Origin: Octopus bimaculoides
Lineage: Eukaryota
Reading direction: 5' to 3'
Assembly (NCBI RefSeq): GCF_001194135.2
Contig: NC_068982.1
Location: 187,015,220 to 187,069,378 of the forward strand
DNA: 54,159 nt
The notes under the pieces are model-generated. The model saw only the letters and a program-made list of their open reading frames with translations. It had not been told where the DNA came from and ran no database searches. Numbering within the stretch: position 1 is the first letter of the stretch; every line of letters begins with the position of its first letter. Position numbers and translations under genes: made by a program. Shown piece after piece: positions 11,761 through 24,000 of this stretch.

Positions 11761-12609
11761 CAATCATATTGAATGAAGGAATGGGCAGACATCTTTAAGC
11801 ATCTGCAACTGAGATGCATTTCACAGTGTCANNNNNNNNNNNNNNNNNNNNNNNNNNNNNNNNNNNNNNNNNNNNNNNNNNNNNNNNNNNNNNNNNNNNN
11901 NNNNNNNNNNNNNNNNNNNNNNNNNNNNNNNNNNNNNNNNNNNNNNNNNNNNNNNNNNNNNNNNNNNNNNNNNNNNNNNNNNNNNNNNNNNNNNNNNNNN
12001 NNNNNNNNNNNNNNNNNNNNNNNNNNNNNNNNNNNNNNNNNNNNNNNNNNNNNNNNNNNNNNNNNNNNNNNNNNNNNNNNNNNNNNNNNNNNNNNNNNNN
12101 NNNNNNNNNNNNNNNNNNNNNNNNNNNNNNNNNNNNNNNNNNNNNNNNNNNNNNNNNNNNNNNNNNNNNNNNNNNNNNNNNNNNNNNNNNNNNNNNNNNN
12201 NNNNNNNNNNNNNNNNNNNNNNNNNNNNNNNNNNNNNNNNNNNNNNNNNNNNNNNNNNNNNNNNNNNNNNNNNNNNNNNNNNNNNNNNNNNNNNNNNNNN
12301 NNNNNNNNNNNNNNNNNNNNNNNNNNNNNNNNNNNNNNNNNNNNNNNNNNNNNNNNNNNNNNNNNNNNNNNNNNNNNNNNNNGGAATAGTTATTTGATGC
12401 TGAAAGTGACGTTGAATTTGAAGGATTTGAATAAATGTTTTTGCTATTGCTTTTGTAACTCCTAGTGATAAATATGTAAAGGCAATTTACGTAATATTTA
12501 TTTTTCACTGAAGTTATTACTGTTATTTCTTTATTTTCTGCAAGCAAAGTGAACACAAAACAGCTACACGTTTGCATTATGTTATGTATACAATAATAAT
12601 AAAGGACGT

Positions 12610-12776
12610 TACCGTATATACGTTTACAAACCAAGGACGTTATATAGACCTCCTTGACTCAAGTTAGAGAAGGGGTGCGTATTATACACAAGGTTTAGGT
12701 TTTTCAGAGGTACAGCTCCCTAAAATTCCTCTGCGTATTATACTCAAGGGCAGACTATACTCGAGGATTTACGTTA
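12610..12776. mobile_element. Probable Tc1/pogo-type DNA transposon remnant
   Basis: Ends tatactcgaggatttacgtta and begins taccgtatatac, resembling CCGTA-type TIRs with TA flanks; repeated gcgtattatac. Confidence 0.4.
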
Positions 12777-13282
12777 TATCTTTCCCCACATTAGCTTTGG
12801 TCAGTTCTTCAATTTCATGTGTGTCTCTACAAATAACATCAAAGTTTTCATTCTTTTATAAAGGTGTGAAAGTTTCCAATTCACAACATCTGATATATGG
12901 TCTGTTGTTTAGCATGGTAACAGTGGCTAGCAAACCTTACCCTTGATTGAGCAACAACACTTGAGATGGATGCAATATGTCCATAAATCTCTTCCTTGGA
13001 GATTCATGCCATGAAATGCTTTGAGCACTTGTAAGAAGCCTGGTGTATAATCTTGTTTTTGGTTCCTTAGACAAAAATACCCTCTACATACCTCCTGAAT
13101 AAAGCCTACCCTGCTGATGAGCAAAGTACCCATGAGGAGTGAGTTCAAATCCACTGCTGGAATCTGTCTCTGAACAAAATGCTTTATTTTACATTTCCTT
13201 TGTTTAAGAAAAGGGTTGAGTATAGGTGCCTGTTCACCTGAGAATGATTGATGACTAACCACAAACCATTTCACTTAACCAT

Positions 13283-13580
13283 CAGTAACAGGTACTGGAT
13301 CAATATGAGAATATTGAGTCCTAGATCACTGTCAACCAATCAGTCACCCTAGCTGTCAGTAACAGGTACTAGATCAATTTGAAAATATTGAGTCTTGGAT
13401 TGTTGTCAATCAACTGGTGCCTGTCAGTAACAGGTACCAGATCAATCTTAGAAGAGTGAGTACCAGACCACAGTCAATCAGTTCAATCTGTCAGTAATAG
13501 ATACCAGATCAATGTGAGAATGTTCTCTCAGATCGCAGTCAACCAATCAGTTCACATAGCTGTCAATTAGAGGTACCTGA
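13283..13580. repeat. Degenerate minisatellite, about 70-bp unit x 4.3
   Basis: Units start at 13283, 13357, 13425, 13492 and 13564 with core cagtaacaggtacyagatcaat. Confidence 0.8.
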
Positions 13581-13584
13581 TTAA

Positions 13585-13807
13585 CCCCTTAAGTCCCACT
13601 GTCCTATAAACAGGACATGAAATGAGAACATTAAATAAGCTATATCACATTGTCTCAGTGTCCTATTTATAGGACACCGAGTATTTCCATTTCTACTTGA
13701 AGTAAAAGAGTTCTAATAATTATTTTTTTCATTTTAACCTATTTTCAATCCTCTGTAAAAATTTAAATGTAATATTCAGAAATTTAAGAACTCTGGGACT
13801 TAATGGG
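13585..13807. mobile_element. piggyBac-type MITE
   Basis: TTAA at 13581-84 and 13808-11; 14-bp TIR CCCCTTAAGTCCCA / TGGGACTTAATGGG (13/14). Confidence 0.8.
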
Positions 13808-15729
13808 TTAATATGAAGGTATTTGTGTTCAGAAAATGCACCGTATGGATAACGATAAAGTGTATTATATCAACATTTTTATTTTAGAAATAAAACAAAG
13901 AACGATAAAAGCATTAGACAGGCAAGTCTTTAAACAATGTCAAACATTAAGAAGAATGTCACGAGAAATGATTTTCCTTTGGCAAAAATGTTTTTGGTGA
14001 AATTTCCTATAACCGAAATTATTCAGAAGATTGAAACTATTGAATGGGATGTACTTTTAGAATAACCCCAACGGAGCCAAAGGAAGGAAATGACATTACT
14101 AATGGGTGGCAATAACCATTATGGTAATAAAAGAATGCTGTTATTGTTTCAAATTTTGGTACAAAGCCAGACATTTTAGGGTGAGGGGAACAATACTTGG
14201 CTGGTGCTTCATTTTATCAACCCTGAAAGCATCAAAGAAAAAGTTGGCCCCGGCAGAATTTGAACTGTGAATGTTCAGAGCTGGAAGAAATGCCGCTAAG
14301 CATTTTGTCTGATGCCCTGAAGATTCTACCTGCTTGACACCTTAAGGGAATGCTTTCACTTTCCCATGGGTCAGATGGGATTTGTTGAGGCTGTTCTTCT
14401 ATGACTGGATGCTCTTCTGGTCATCAACCCTCACCTGTTTCCAAGGTAACATTTTCCCATGACTAAATATGTTTACATGGAAGATTGGAAACAAAGGACG
14501 CCACTTATATGATGACACAAGTATCACATTGTGTCGAATCAAGGATTCAATAAAACATTCATATATACATTGTGGAGTAAATCGGCAGTGTGGGGTCTGA
14601 GGACACCTAAGGTTTTGACGGCGATACTCGAGTTTGTGGCTGCTGCAACAAGGTTGGAGCCAGAGAATGTGTGACAACTTGTGTCCCAGTTTAGGGATCT
14701 GCTTCCCTCGTATGGGAAGAGGGTTATTCTGTCGGGACGCTTACCATCCCTACTGGCTCCAGTTGTAACTGGAAACCAGTCATTTAGAGCAGTCTATCAA
14801 GGGAATATTCAGAGTAATGTAGTGCTAATACAACTGTTTATTGGTAGGGGTTGAGGGATAATAGGAAGATATTCTGCTCCAGAAGAGTGACGTGAGATTT
14901 TTAAAATTCTTTTCAACCTCAAAATTCTGTGAAGGGCAAAATGTGTTGTGACTGGATCATCTCAAAATATAAGACTCTGATGGTGTTGACGGATCCATTG
15001 AAGCATCTTTGATATTTGGAGACGGCTGTGATTAGGAAACCGTTGTGAAAGTTAATACTTAAATTAATGATGGCTGTCGTATTTAATTAAGCAGTCAAAG
15101 TTATCTCCCTTGCTTAACATTTTAAAGAATGCTTCATCGCCACCGTGGTCGTCGTCATCATCATCATCAGCTACAACAACAAGTCTAGCTTGCTCGGATT
15201 CGCATCTCTGACGTAGTTTCTTTGATTTATAATAAAATAGTCTACGTAGAAACTACAAAATGCTAGATGTGAATTTGAACTCGTGATTCATGTGTTGGCA
15301 GATCACTGTAGGTTCTCACATAAAATAGTGCGTTTGATTAACAAATACACGACAAAAATTTCCCTATAAAGATTTTTTTCAAATCTTTAGACACGTAAAA
15401 GAGGTAACTACAATAAAACAGCCGAACATTTTGGAAAGACCTGACAATGGCGTTTGCTGGGAGCAGACGATATTCTTCTAAAGGTACCCAAGGATCAGGT
15501 GGTCGTGTTTGCTAGTAACAGAGTGAATTCTGCTAAAGGTTATAATTCAGTTCACTTTAAAATAGAAACCTTGTATCTATGAGGATGAAATATAAAAAAA
15601 AGGTCCTTTTTTTTTTCAGTCAGAAAGAAAAGTCAAAACCCTGCATTGTAATTGATTAAACATAAACATAGAAATATTATCCTCACGTTGATCAAACCAA
15701 ATAATACCAGAGTCTTTCTTTATATATTA

Positions 15730-16260
15730 CTAGCAGAAATACCCATCGTTGATCAGGTAATTACATTTACTGTTTCTCGGGAGCCACATTCAAAGTATTA
15801 TCATATATATAATTTACTCCGCCTGTTCCTACGTTAAGTTGACCATGTAAAAAGCATGGTTGTTTAACTTGCAAACCAGCAACTTCTATTATTTGGCCCT
15901 GAGTTTTATTAATGCTCATGGCAAAAGAAAGTGGGATAGGAAACTGTGACCGCTTAAATTGGAATGGGACATTAAATGGTATAACTGGTATGTGAGGAAT
16001 GAAGATGGTGTCACCTTTACCACAACCAGTGAGAATATTTGCCTCAATACAGTTCCTCATAAGTTTGTGCACAATTAGTGTTGTACCATTGCATAATTTT
16101 TGTTGAGACAAATTAGGCAATAATATAATAGTTTCCCCTGAACCAGGTACTTTCATTTTGCTAGAGAAAGAAAGAGACAGAATTTCGATTTTATATATAT
16201 AGAAAAAACATAATAGCTTCCCCTGAACCATTTACTTTCATTTTGCTAGACAAATAGATA
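15730..16260 (-). mobile_element. Helitron 3' end with degenerate PIF1-like helicase fragment
   Basis: LCNGTTL...FQFKRSQFPIPLSFAMSINKTQGQ..AGL...PCFLHGQL (helicase motifs V-VI); minus-strand terminus cctgatcaacgatgggtatttctgCTAG|T, a decayed hairpin plus CTAG. Confidence 0.85.
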
Positions 16261-16584
16261 GAATCCTTTTTTTTTTATATATATATAGATGTATCGATCA
16301 TGAACAAGTTATCGAACAGTTAAAAGGTAGCTATAGACTTTTATTCTTTTCTGCATGAAACTAAAGGCAGGGGGCCCCTGCTGTCAAGGTTCCTTTTCAT
16401 TATACAACAAGTTTCTTTCAGTTTCCGTCTACCAAATCCACTCACAAGGCTTTAGTAGAAGACATTTACCCAAGGTAACATGTAGTGGGACTGAACCCGG
16501 AACCAAGTGGTTCATAAGCAAGCTACTGACCACACAGTCACTTGTTTATGGTACTTTAATAAATTGTGAATAACTATCCCTATA

Positions 16585-16691
16585 CAAAATTGTGTCTTTA
16601 TTACCAGCCACCATAAATTGTGACTTTTTTCCTGTGACTTTTTTCCTAACCAAAATTGTGACTTTTTTTCTGTGACTTTATTATCAACCAC
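16585..16691. repeat. Subterminal-type short direct repeats (tgtgactttttt x4), probable DNA transposon end
   Basis: tgtgactt motif four times plus one variant, ending in attatcaaccac. Confidence 0.45.
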
Positions 16692-17139
16692 GACTATGGC
16701 TGCCATTTGTATTTTGTGTCTTTCTGTTTTTTTCTCCGAATCCAGCAATTTTTAGAGTACTATTTCTCATGGGGTGAGCGGCATTACTATGAGGAGTGAA
16801 AAGGAGGGTGGACAAACTGCCATGTTTAATAAAATTGGATGGTTTTAAACATATTAAACTTAACCAACACTGTGACAAAGAAAGTAGAATTAAATGAAGG
16901 CAAAGTCTATTGTGTTTTCTCATTAATACAAAGATGGTGGTATGTAAGGGAAAAGCACAAAAACTTCATTAATATTTAATGAGGTGTGAAGGAGGGGTGA
17001 ACATTTCATTAATATTTAATGAGGGGGCGGGCTAACTGGAACTGATGTCTGTCACTTTGAGAACTGCAGGTCTACATTCATCTTTTATTCATCTGACATT
17101 AATAAAATATGTTCCAGAACTGATCCCATTGACTGTACA

Positions 17140-17350
17140 ACCCTCCCACCCCCGTTTTCTTTCTCCTCCGCCTTCCCCTATTCCCTCAACTTTCTCCTTC
17201 CACATACGCCTCCTCCTCCTCCTTGTACTACCCTCCTCATACTTCATCCTCTCATATCCTTCCTCATCATGCTCCTTCATTTCCTCCTCCTCATACATCT
17301 CACCCCCCCTTATCATCATCATCATCATCATCACCAACACCACCACCACA
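17140..17350. repeat. Low-complexity (CCT)n/(CAT)n/(CAC)n tract
   Basis: Seen directly; gives rise to spurious ORFs on both strands. Confidence 0.85.
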
Positions 17351-17416
17351 AAACACATCAGCATTAATTAGATTCACCACCAACACTTCACATACCAAAA
17401 TTAATTAGATTCAGGA

Positions 17417-17920
17417 AGGTCGGTGAGCTGGCAGTATTGTTAGCACACTGGACAAAATGCTGAGCAGTATTTTGCCTGTTGCTATGTTCTGGGTTCAAAT
17501 TCCACCAAGGTCAACTATGCCTTTCATCCTTTCAGGGCCAATAATTTAAATATTGGGGGATAAGCTTCATATATAGATTGTGAGAGATTGTTTAGTATTA
17601 AATGGTTGATTAAAGATGAATTAATGTTTTTTCTTTATAGATATTTTTGTAATCGACTTTCAGGTCTTGTGACTAGAGTAGAAAGGATTAATTAGATTCT
17701 GGAAGGTGGATTAGCTGGCAGAATTGTTAGCACGCAGGACGAAATGCTGCAGTATTTCGCCTGTTGCTATATTCTGGGTTCAAATTCCGCCAAGGTCAAC
17801 TTTGTGTGTCATCCTTTCAGGGTTGATAAATTAAATACCAGTTGAACACTGACGTCGATGTAATCGACTCATCCCAACCTCTCCCAAAATTTCAGGTCCT
17901 GTGCTTTGAGTAGAAAGGAT
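17417..17920 (+). mobile_element. Two family A SINE copies
   Basis: Heads at about 17417 and 17704, both with gggttcaaattcc.ccaaggtcaac. Confidence 0.7.
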
Positions 17921-18759
17921 TAATTAGATTCAGGTGATGACAGTCCAACTTGGTTCTTATTTGGAAAGTTACGGTCGGTCCTCGTAGATGAGCCAGAAGA
18001 CCACCTGTTGCTCACACGTTTTATGTTGCTATAGTTTCTATAAGTGCGGGAGTGGCTGTGTGCTAAGTAGCTCGCTTACCAACCACATGGCACTTTGGGC
18101 AAGTGTCTTCTACTATAACCTTGGGCTGACCAAAGCCTTGTGAGTGGATTTGGTAGACAGGAACTGAAAGAAGTCAGTCGTATATAGGTATTTTTTGGTT
18201 ATCTCACCCCCATTAAAAAATTGGGTTATCTACCCTTGTTTTACGAGAAATATCGGAACTTTTGGTTATCTCCCTCAACTCAATTGTTTAACCCTCATCA
18301 TCATCATTGTTTAACGTCAGTTTTCCATGCTGGCATGGATTGGATGCTTCGACTGGGGTCTGGGAAGCCAGGAGCTGCACCAGGCCTCAATCTGATCTGG
18401 CAGTGTTTCTAAGGATGGATGCCCTTTCTAATGCCAACAATAAAACAAAAAAAAAAGTGAAAAATTCATAAACATGAAAACTGAAAAAAATTAAACATCT
18501 TATTGAATCTGATAACGTTTTTATAACAAACCATTCCATTCCTATTGAAGAGGCAAAGAGTCAACAATGTGTTGAAGTATTGAATCAAAAGGATCTAACT
18601 CTTTTAATCCAATCTCTTGCTGCCACATAAACTCAACTTTTTAGTGGGGAGATAACCCAGTCTTTTAATGGCAATTTTTTAATGGGGGTGAGATAACCAA
18701 AATGTACCTGTATGTATATACATACATATATATATATATGTGTGTGTGTGTGTGTATAA

Positions 18760-18813
<54 letters not shown>

Positions 18814-18814
18814 T

Positions 18815-19460
18815 CTTTTATTTGTTTCAGTCATTTGACTGCGGCCATGCTGGAGCACCACCTTTAGTCGAACAAATTGACCCCAGAACTTGTTCTTTGT
18901 AAGCTTAGTACTTATTCTATCAGTCTCTTTTGCCGAACTGCTTGGTTACGGGGACATAAACGCACCAACATCAGTTGTCAAGCGATAATGGAGGGGACAA
19001 ACCCAAACACACACACACATACATATATATACATACGACGGGCTTCTTTCAGTTTCCGTCTACCAAATCCACTCGCAAGGCTTTGGTTGGCTTGAAGCTA
19101 TAGTAGAAGACACTTGTCCAAGGTGCCACGCAGTGGTACTGAACCTGGAATCATGTGGTTGGGAAGCAAGCTACTTACCACACACCTACACCTATATATA
19201 TCTATATATCTATATATATATATATGTGTGTGTTTGTGAATGTGTGTGTGTGTGTGTGTTTGTGTGTCTGTGTCTGTCCCCCCACCATTGCTTGACAACC
19301 AATGCTGGCGTGTTTATGTTCCCTGTGACTTAGTGGTTCGGCAAAAGAGACCAATAAAATAAGTACTAGGCTTACAAAGAATAAGTTCTGGGGTTGATTT
19401 GTTCAACTAACTACGGTGCTCCGGCATGGCCACAGTCAAATGACTGAAACAAATAAAAGA
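18815..19460. mobile_element. Family B SINE (-, about 18815-19195) abutting a family B 3' half (+, about 19195-19460)
   Basis: The two halves are reverse-complementary over the acaacc...tagaataagtact...cagcatggcc tail. Confidence 0.7.
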
Positions 19461-20993
19461 GTCTACCTAGACGCCCTTCCTAGTACCAACACTTAATAAA
19501 AGAGGAATCTTTGTAAGTGCTTATACACAATAATATTTTTACATTGGCCATGGTGGCAAGCTGATAGAAACGTTAGCATGTTGGGCGAAATGCTTAGAGT
19601 TCAAATTCCGCCGAGGTCGACTTTGCTTTTCATCCTTTCGGGGTTGATAAATTAAGTACCAGTTGAATACTGGGTTCGATCTAAAGTCTTCTGTCTGCGT
19701 CGTTGGCCTTTCTCTCTGTTGATCACGGCAATTATAAAATATACTTTGCTGAAGAGGGTTAATAATAATAGAACACATCCACAGTTGTCTCCCATACTTC
19801 TTAGAATAATTTAAACAATACTATTCGTTTCTAATGTTTTTTTTCCTCATCGTTGATAATTTTTAATAAGCATTTACCTGTAATTTTAGTAATTTACAAT
19901 GTTAAATTGGAATCACCTTGAAAAGAAAAAAGTTAAATAGTAATACATCCTTTTCTTCTTTATTTCTCTTTTATTGTTCAGTTCTTGTGTTTTATTCCAA
20001 GAGTGTACTTCTAGCCTTCATTGCTGTCTTTCTTCACTTGACTTAAAGATGACTTTCTGTTCCCTCTTAACCTTTCCTGACAAGCGGTAGTGCACATGAG
20101 CACTAATATACAACAAGCTCTGTTATTATTTCCATACAAAAGATTTCTACACATGAATTACAGGAAAAGCTGGAAGCCAGTGTGTCGAGGAAAATATATT
20201 GGCGGACAATAAAAATATTTATTTCTCCTCTAGGCACAAAGCCTGAAATTTTTTTTTTTGGTGGGGGAGCAGTCGATTAGATTGACTCAGTATGCAGCTG
20301 GTACTTAATTTATCGAGCCTGAAAGGATGAAAGGTAAAGTCGACCTTGNNNNNNNNNNNNNNNNNNNNNNNNNNNNNNNNNNNNNNNNNNNNNNNNNNNN
20401 NNNNNNNNNNNNNNNNNNNNNNNNNNNNNNNNNNNNNNNNNNNNNNNNNNNNNNNNNNNNNNNNNNNNNNNNNNNNNNNNNNNNNNNNNNNNNNNNNNNN
20501 NNNNNNNNNNNNNNNNNNNNNNNNNNNNNNNNNNNNNNNNNNNNNNNNNNNNNNNNNNNNNNNNNNNNNNNNNNNNNNNNNNNNNNNNNNNNNNNNNNNN
20601 NNNNNNNNNNNNNNNNNNNNNNNNNNNNNNNNNNNNNNNNNNNNNNNNNNNNNNNNNNNNNNNNNNNNNNNNNNNNNNNNNNNNNNNNNNNNNNNNNNNN
20701 NNNNNNNNNNNNNNNNNNNNNNNNNNNNNNNNNNNNNNNNNNNNNNNNNNNNNNNNNNNNNNNNNNNNNNNNNNNNNNNNNNNNNNNNNNNNNNNNNNNN
20801 NNNNNNNNNNNNNNNNNNNNNNNNNNNNNNNNNNNNNNNNNNNNNNNNNNNNNNNNNNNNNNNNNNNNNNNNNNNNNNNNNNNNNNNNNNNNNNNNNNNN
20901 NNNNNNNNNNNNNNNNNNNNNNNNNNNNNNNNNNNNNNNNNNNNNNNNNNNNNNNNNNNNNNNNNNNNNNNNNNNNNNNNNNNNNNNNNNNNA

Positions 20994-21380
20994 ACTTTTG
21001 GGGATGGAGCCAGTCGATTAGATCGACTCCAATACACAACTGGTACTTTATTTATCGACCCCGAAAGTATGAAAGGCAAAGTCGACTTCGGCGGAATTCG
21101 AACTCAGAACACGAAGACAGACGAAATACCGCTAAGCATTTCGTCCGGCGCGCTAAAGTTTCTTATTTCTTTACTACCCACAGAGGGGACAAACAAGGAC
21201 AGACAAACGGATTAAGTCGATTACATCAACCCCAGTGCGTAACTGGTACTTATTTAATGGACCCCGAAAGGATGAAAGGCAAAGTCGACCTCGGCGGAAT
21301 TTGAACTCAGAACGTAGCGGCAGACGAAATACCGCTAAGCATCTTGCCCGGCGTGCTAAAGTTTCTGCCAACTCGCCGCT
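20994..21380 (-). mobile_element. Two tandem, well-preserved family A SINEs
   Basis: Reverse complement of 152-390; CpGs largely intact, so probably young copies. Confidence 0.8.
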
Positions 21381-22305
21381 TTTAACAATAAAAATATTAA
21401 CTGAGAAAGGGATTTGTTGATTAGGTCGACCCGGAAGAATGAAAAAGCAAAGTTGACATCAGTAGAATTTGATCTCAAAACAGTAACAACACTAATGCAA
21501 TTAACTTCATGCATTTTGTCTGACGATTTTACCAACCTAACTCAATAAAATAACATCGTTATTAATTGCATTTTACCTTTTAATTTATTCTATGAAGGAA
21601 GGCGATGAAATCAGTCGTAATTCCTCTTCAGCCAATTCGGGAACCTCTCTATACGGTCACTCGACCGACTAGAAATAACGGCCAAATTGCTTTCAGATAA
21701 CATCAAAGTGTCTTAAAATAGAAATGAATGTTATATTTGATGATGTAGCCTAAGATACACTGTGTCTGAATAGGAAAACGTGATGGTCATGGTTGGAATA
21801 CAACTGGACATCGGTCTGCAGCGTAGACTCTACACGATCTTAACCGTAGCGCCTGATTTGGTTTCGATTCTGAGTTGATTCTAGTTTGCACCATGAAAGA
21901 TTTTGAGTATGGCATGAACGTCATGACAACAATCCCTCCTCCCGAAATATGTCTAGTCGAAAACTAAATAAATATATGGTTTAATGAAAGAAGCTGAACA
22001 TCTGGTACAAATTTCTAATAGGTTTTAAAATTTATATACAAAGAAAAATTTTCAAATACCACAACAAAAATCAAATATAAGCAGAAATTAAAAGCAATTT
22101 TTTAAAAAGCTATATTTAATCAACATGTCTGTATATTAAGGTGCCATCAAATTGTCATCTGTTAGTGTTGAATGTAAGGGGCCTTAATTAGAGAGATGTG
22201 TGACGTGTTAAAGGATTTAAGCGACTCGGGACAAATTACAAATGGTGTCATTCCACTGTAAACCCTGTTCGATCTTCACCACTAAATAACACTGATACAG
22301 CAATT

Positions 22306-22340
22306 ATGATTCATAGTTTATTTGTTATAAATAATTCTGG
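22306..22340 (+). CDS. AP3M1: AP-3 complex subunit mu, exon 1
   Basis: ATG MIHSLFVINNSG|gtgagt matches the mu3 N-terminus; 35 nt, phase 2. Confidence 0.92.
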
Positions 22341-22456
22341 GTGAGTATCTAACATTGTCTCCCGTTATTCACTCCATACATCTCAGTCCATATATAAGCA
22401 ATATAATATATTTTTAGAAGCTCCCAAAGCTGAGCAAACACGTCGTCATTTCATTC

Positions 22457-22760
22457 ATGTCGTCTGTCATAAACATTTACGATTGTCCTAACTCTACGAT
22501 TTCTATCATAAACATACGATTGTCGTAGCTTCGTGTGGTCTATTATAAACATGCTTGTCCTAACTTCACATATACCATCATAAACTTTCCACCATATCAT
22601 TCTCAGAACTTCATGTTGTCTGTCATAAACGTCACTCGTAATTTCGCGTATTCTATTCATAAACGTTTGGTAGTTATTATTCCATGTCGTCTGTCATAAA
22701 TAATTATGAATGTTGTTGCCTCACGAATTCTGTTATAAACATATGGCTGTCATAACTTTA
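22457..22760. repeat. Degenerate about 35-45 bp tandem repeat with an ataaac anchor
   Basis: About 8 occurrences of (c/t)ataaac followed by acgattgtc/atgcttgtc-like sequence. Confidence 0.6.
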
Positions 22761-23604
22761 TGTACGCTTGATTGTCGCAGCTTAACAAATTCCACCATAT
22801 AAACGCGTTCGCCAGACTCACTCACGAAACACACCCACTCTACCGTAAACTGCAGTCTTGTAAGCTGTCAGCTAAACCTACTAAAAGCGGCTGTCAAATC
22901 TCCCTCATATCTCGCACCGACATCTCAGAGAGGGAAAGATATATTGGTTAAGATAGTTCGAGATACGATACGTCTGAAAAGAAGACGGGATAACCACGAT
23001 CAGACGGCCTTTAACCGCGAGTCTGCTTCTCGATCAGGTCTAAACTGGTGCTAAATAAACATCGTCTCTCTAATCATTAACATAATCTGTTCAGTGTTGT
23101 TATTGTCCTGTTGTCGAGCAATATTTAGTCCCCATCCCTTACCTGCCGAGTGCATATTTCTACCTTTTACCCTTCTCACACTCGAGGGATAAAAACATAA
23201 ATGGCGAACCGACGAGAAAACCTATATGCGGTCACTCGACCTGCTTGAAATGACAACCAAAACTTCCCAAAACCACATTCTACCGTCCGAAGAAAAGAAA
23301 AAATACAACAAAAAGACTTTGATAATGTTGTCTTAGATATACCATGTCTGAAAAAAAAATTGTACGTTCTCGCCTGGAACGCTTTTGATCATAGTTCTGC
23401 TGGATTAGAGTTGACCTGGGTTAAATAACAACAACAACAACAGCAGTCAATGAGAGAGACTGAACGTAATAGTTTGATTTACTAGCAATAGCAGTCAAAT
23501 CTCCCTAGGTGCAGGCATGGGTGTGTGGTTGGGAAGTTTGCTTTTCAATCAGATGATTTTGGATTCCGCCCCACTGTGTGACACCTTGGACACGTATCTT
23601 CTAT

Positions 23605-24000
23605 AGGCGCAGGAGTGGTTGTGTGGTAAGTAGCTTGCTTACCAACCACATGGATCTGGGTTCAGTCTCACTGCATGGCACCTTGGGCAAGTGTCTTCTA
23701 CTATAGTCTCAGGCCGATCAAACCCTTGAGGTGATTGGATTCGGTAGACGGAAAGAAGCCCGTCGTATATATATGTGTCAGTATGTATTATTGTGTTTGT
23801 GTTTGCCTCCCCAAAATCGTTTGACAACCGATGCTGGTTTGTTTACATCCCTGTAACTTAGCGGTTCGGCAAAATAAACAGATAGAATAAGTACTAGGCT
23901 TACAAAGAATAAGTCCTGGGGTCAATTTGTTCGACTAAAAGGTGGTGCTCCAGCATGGCCACAGTCAGATGACTAAAACAAATGAAAGAATATAGCTCTG
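23605..24000 (+). mobile_element. Family B SINE (near full length)
   Basis: ggcgcaggagtggttgtgtggtaagtagcttgcttaccaaccacatgg...ggcaccttgggcaagtgtcttc... Confidence 0.8.

Larger units (their letters stand above)
21640..23445 (+). repeat. Family F repeat fragments (about 21640-21820, 22860-23080, 23220-23445; also about 42345-42520)
   Basis: Shared cggtcactcgac..tagaaat.gc.gccaaatctccctca; (CAA)n tail at 23427-23443. Confidence 0.55.

Noticed and set aside
13283-13580. CRISPR-like look (conserved about 25-bp core plus about 45-bp variable segments)
   Set aside because: Eukaryotic context, no cas genes, and the spacers are homologous to each other; it is a minisatellite
17045-17408. Ser/Pro/Ile-rich and Glu/Met-rich ORFs
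   Set aside because: Translations of CCT/CAT/CAC microsatellites
7107-21304. Long ORFs such as 7107-7646, 11773-12634 and 20219-21304 (also 2356-2737, 47711-48090, 49105-49494)
   Set aside because: They are open only because they run through N gaps (2548-2669, 7144-7634, 11832-12382, 20349-20992 and others)
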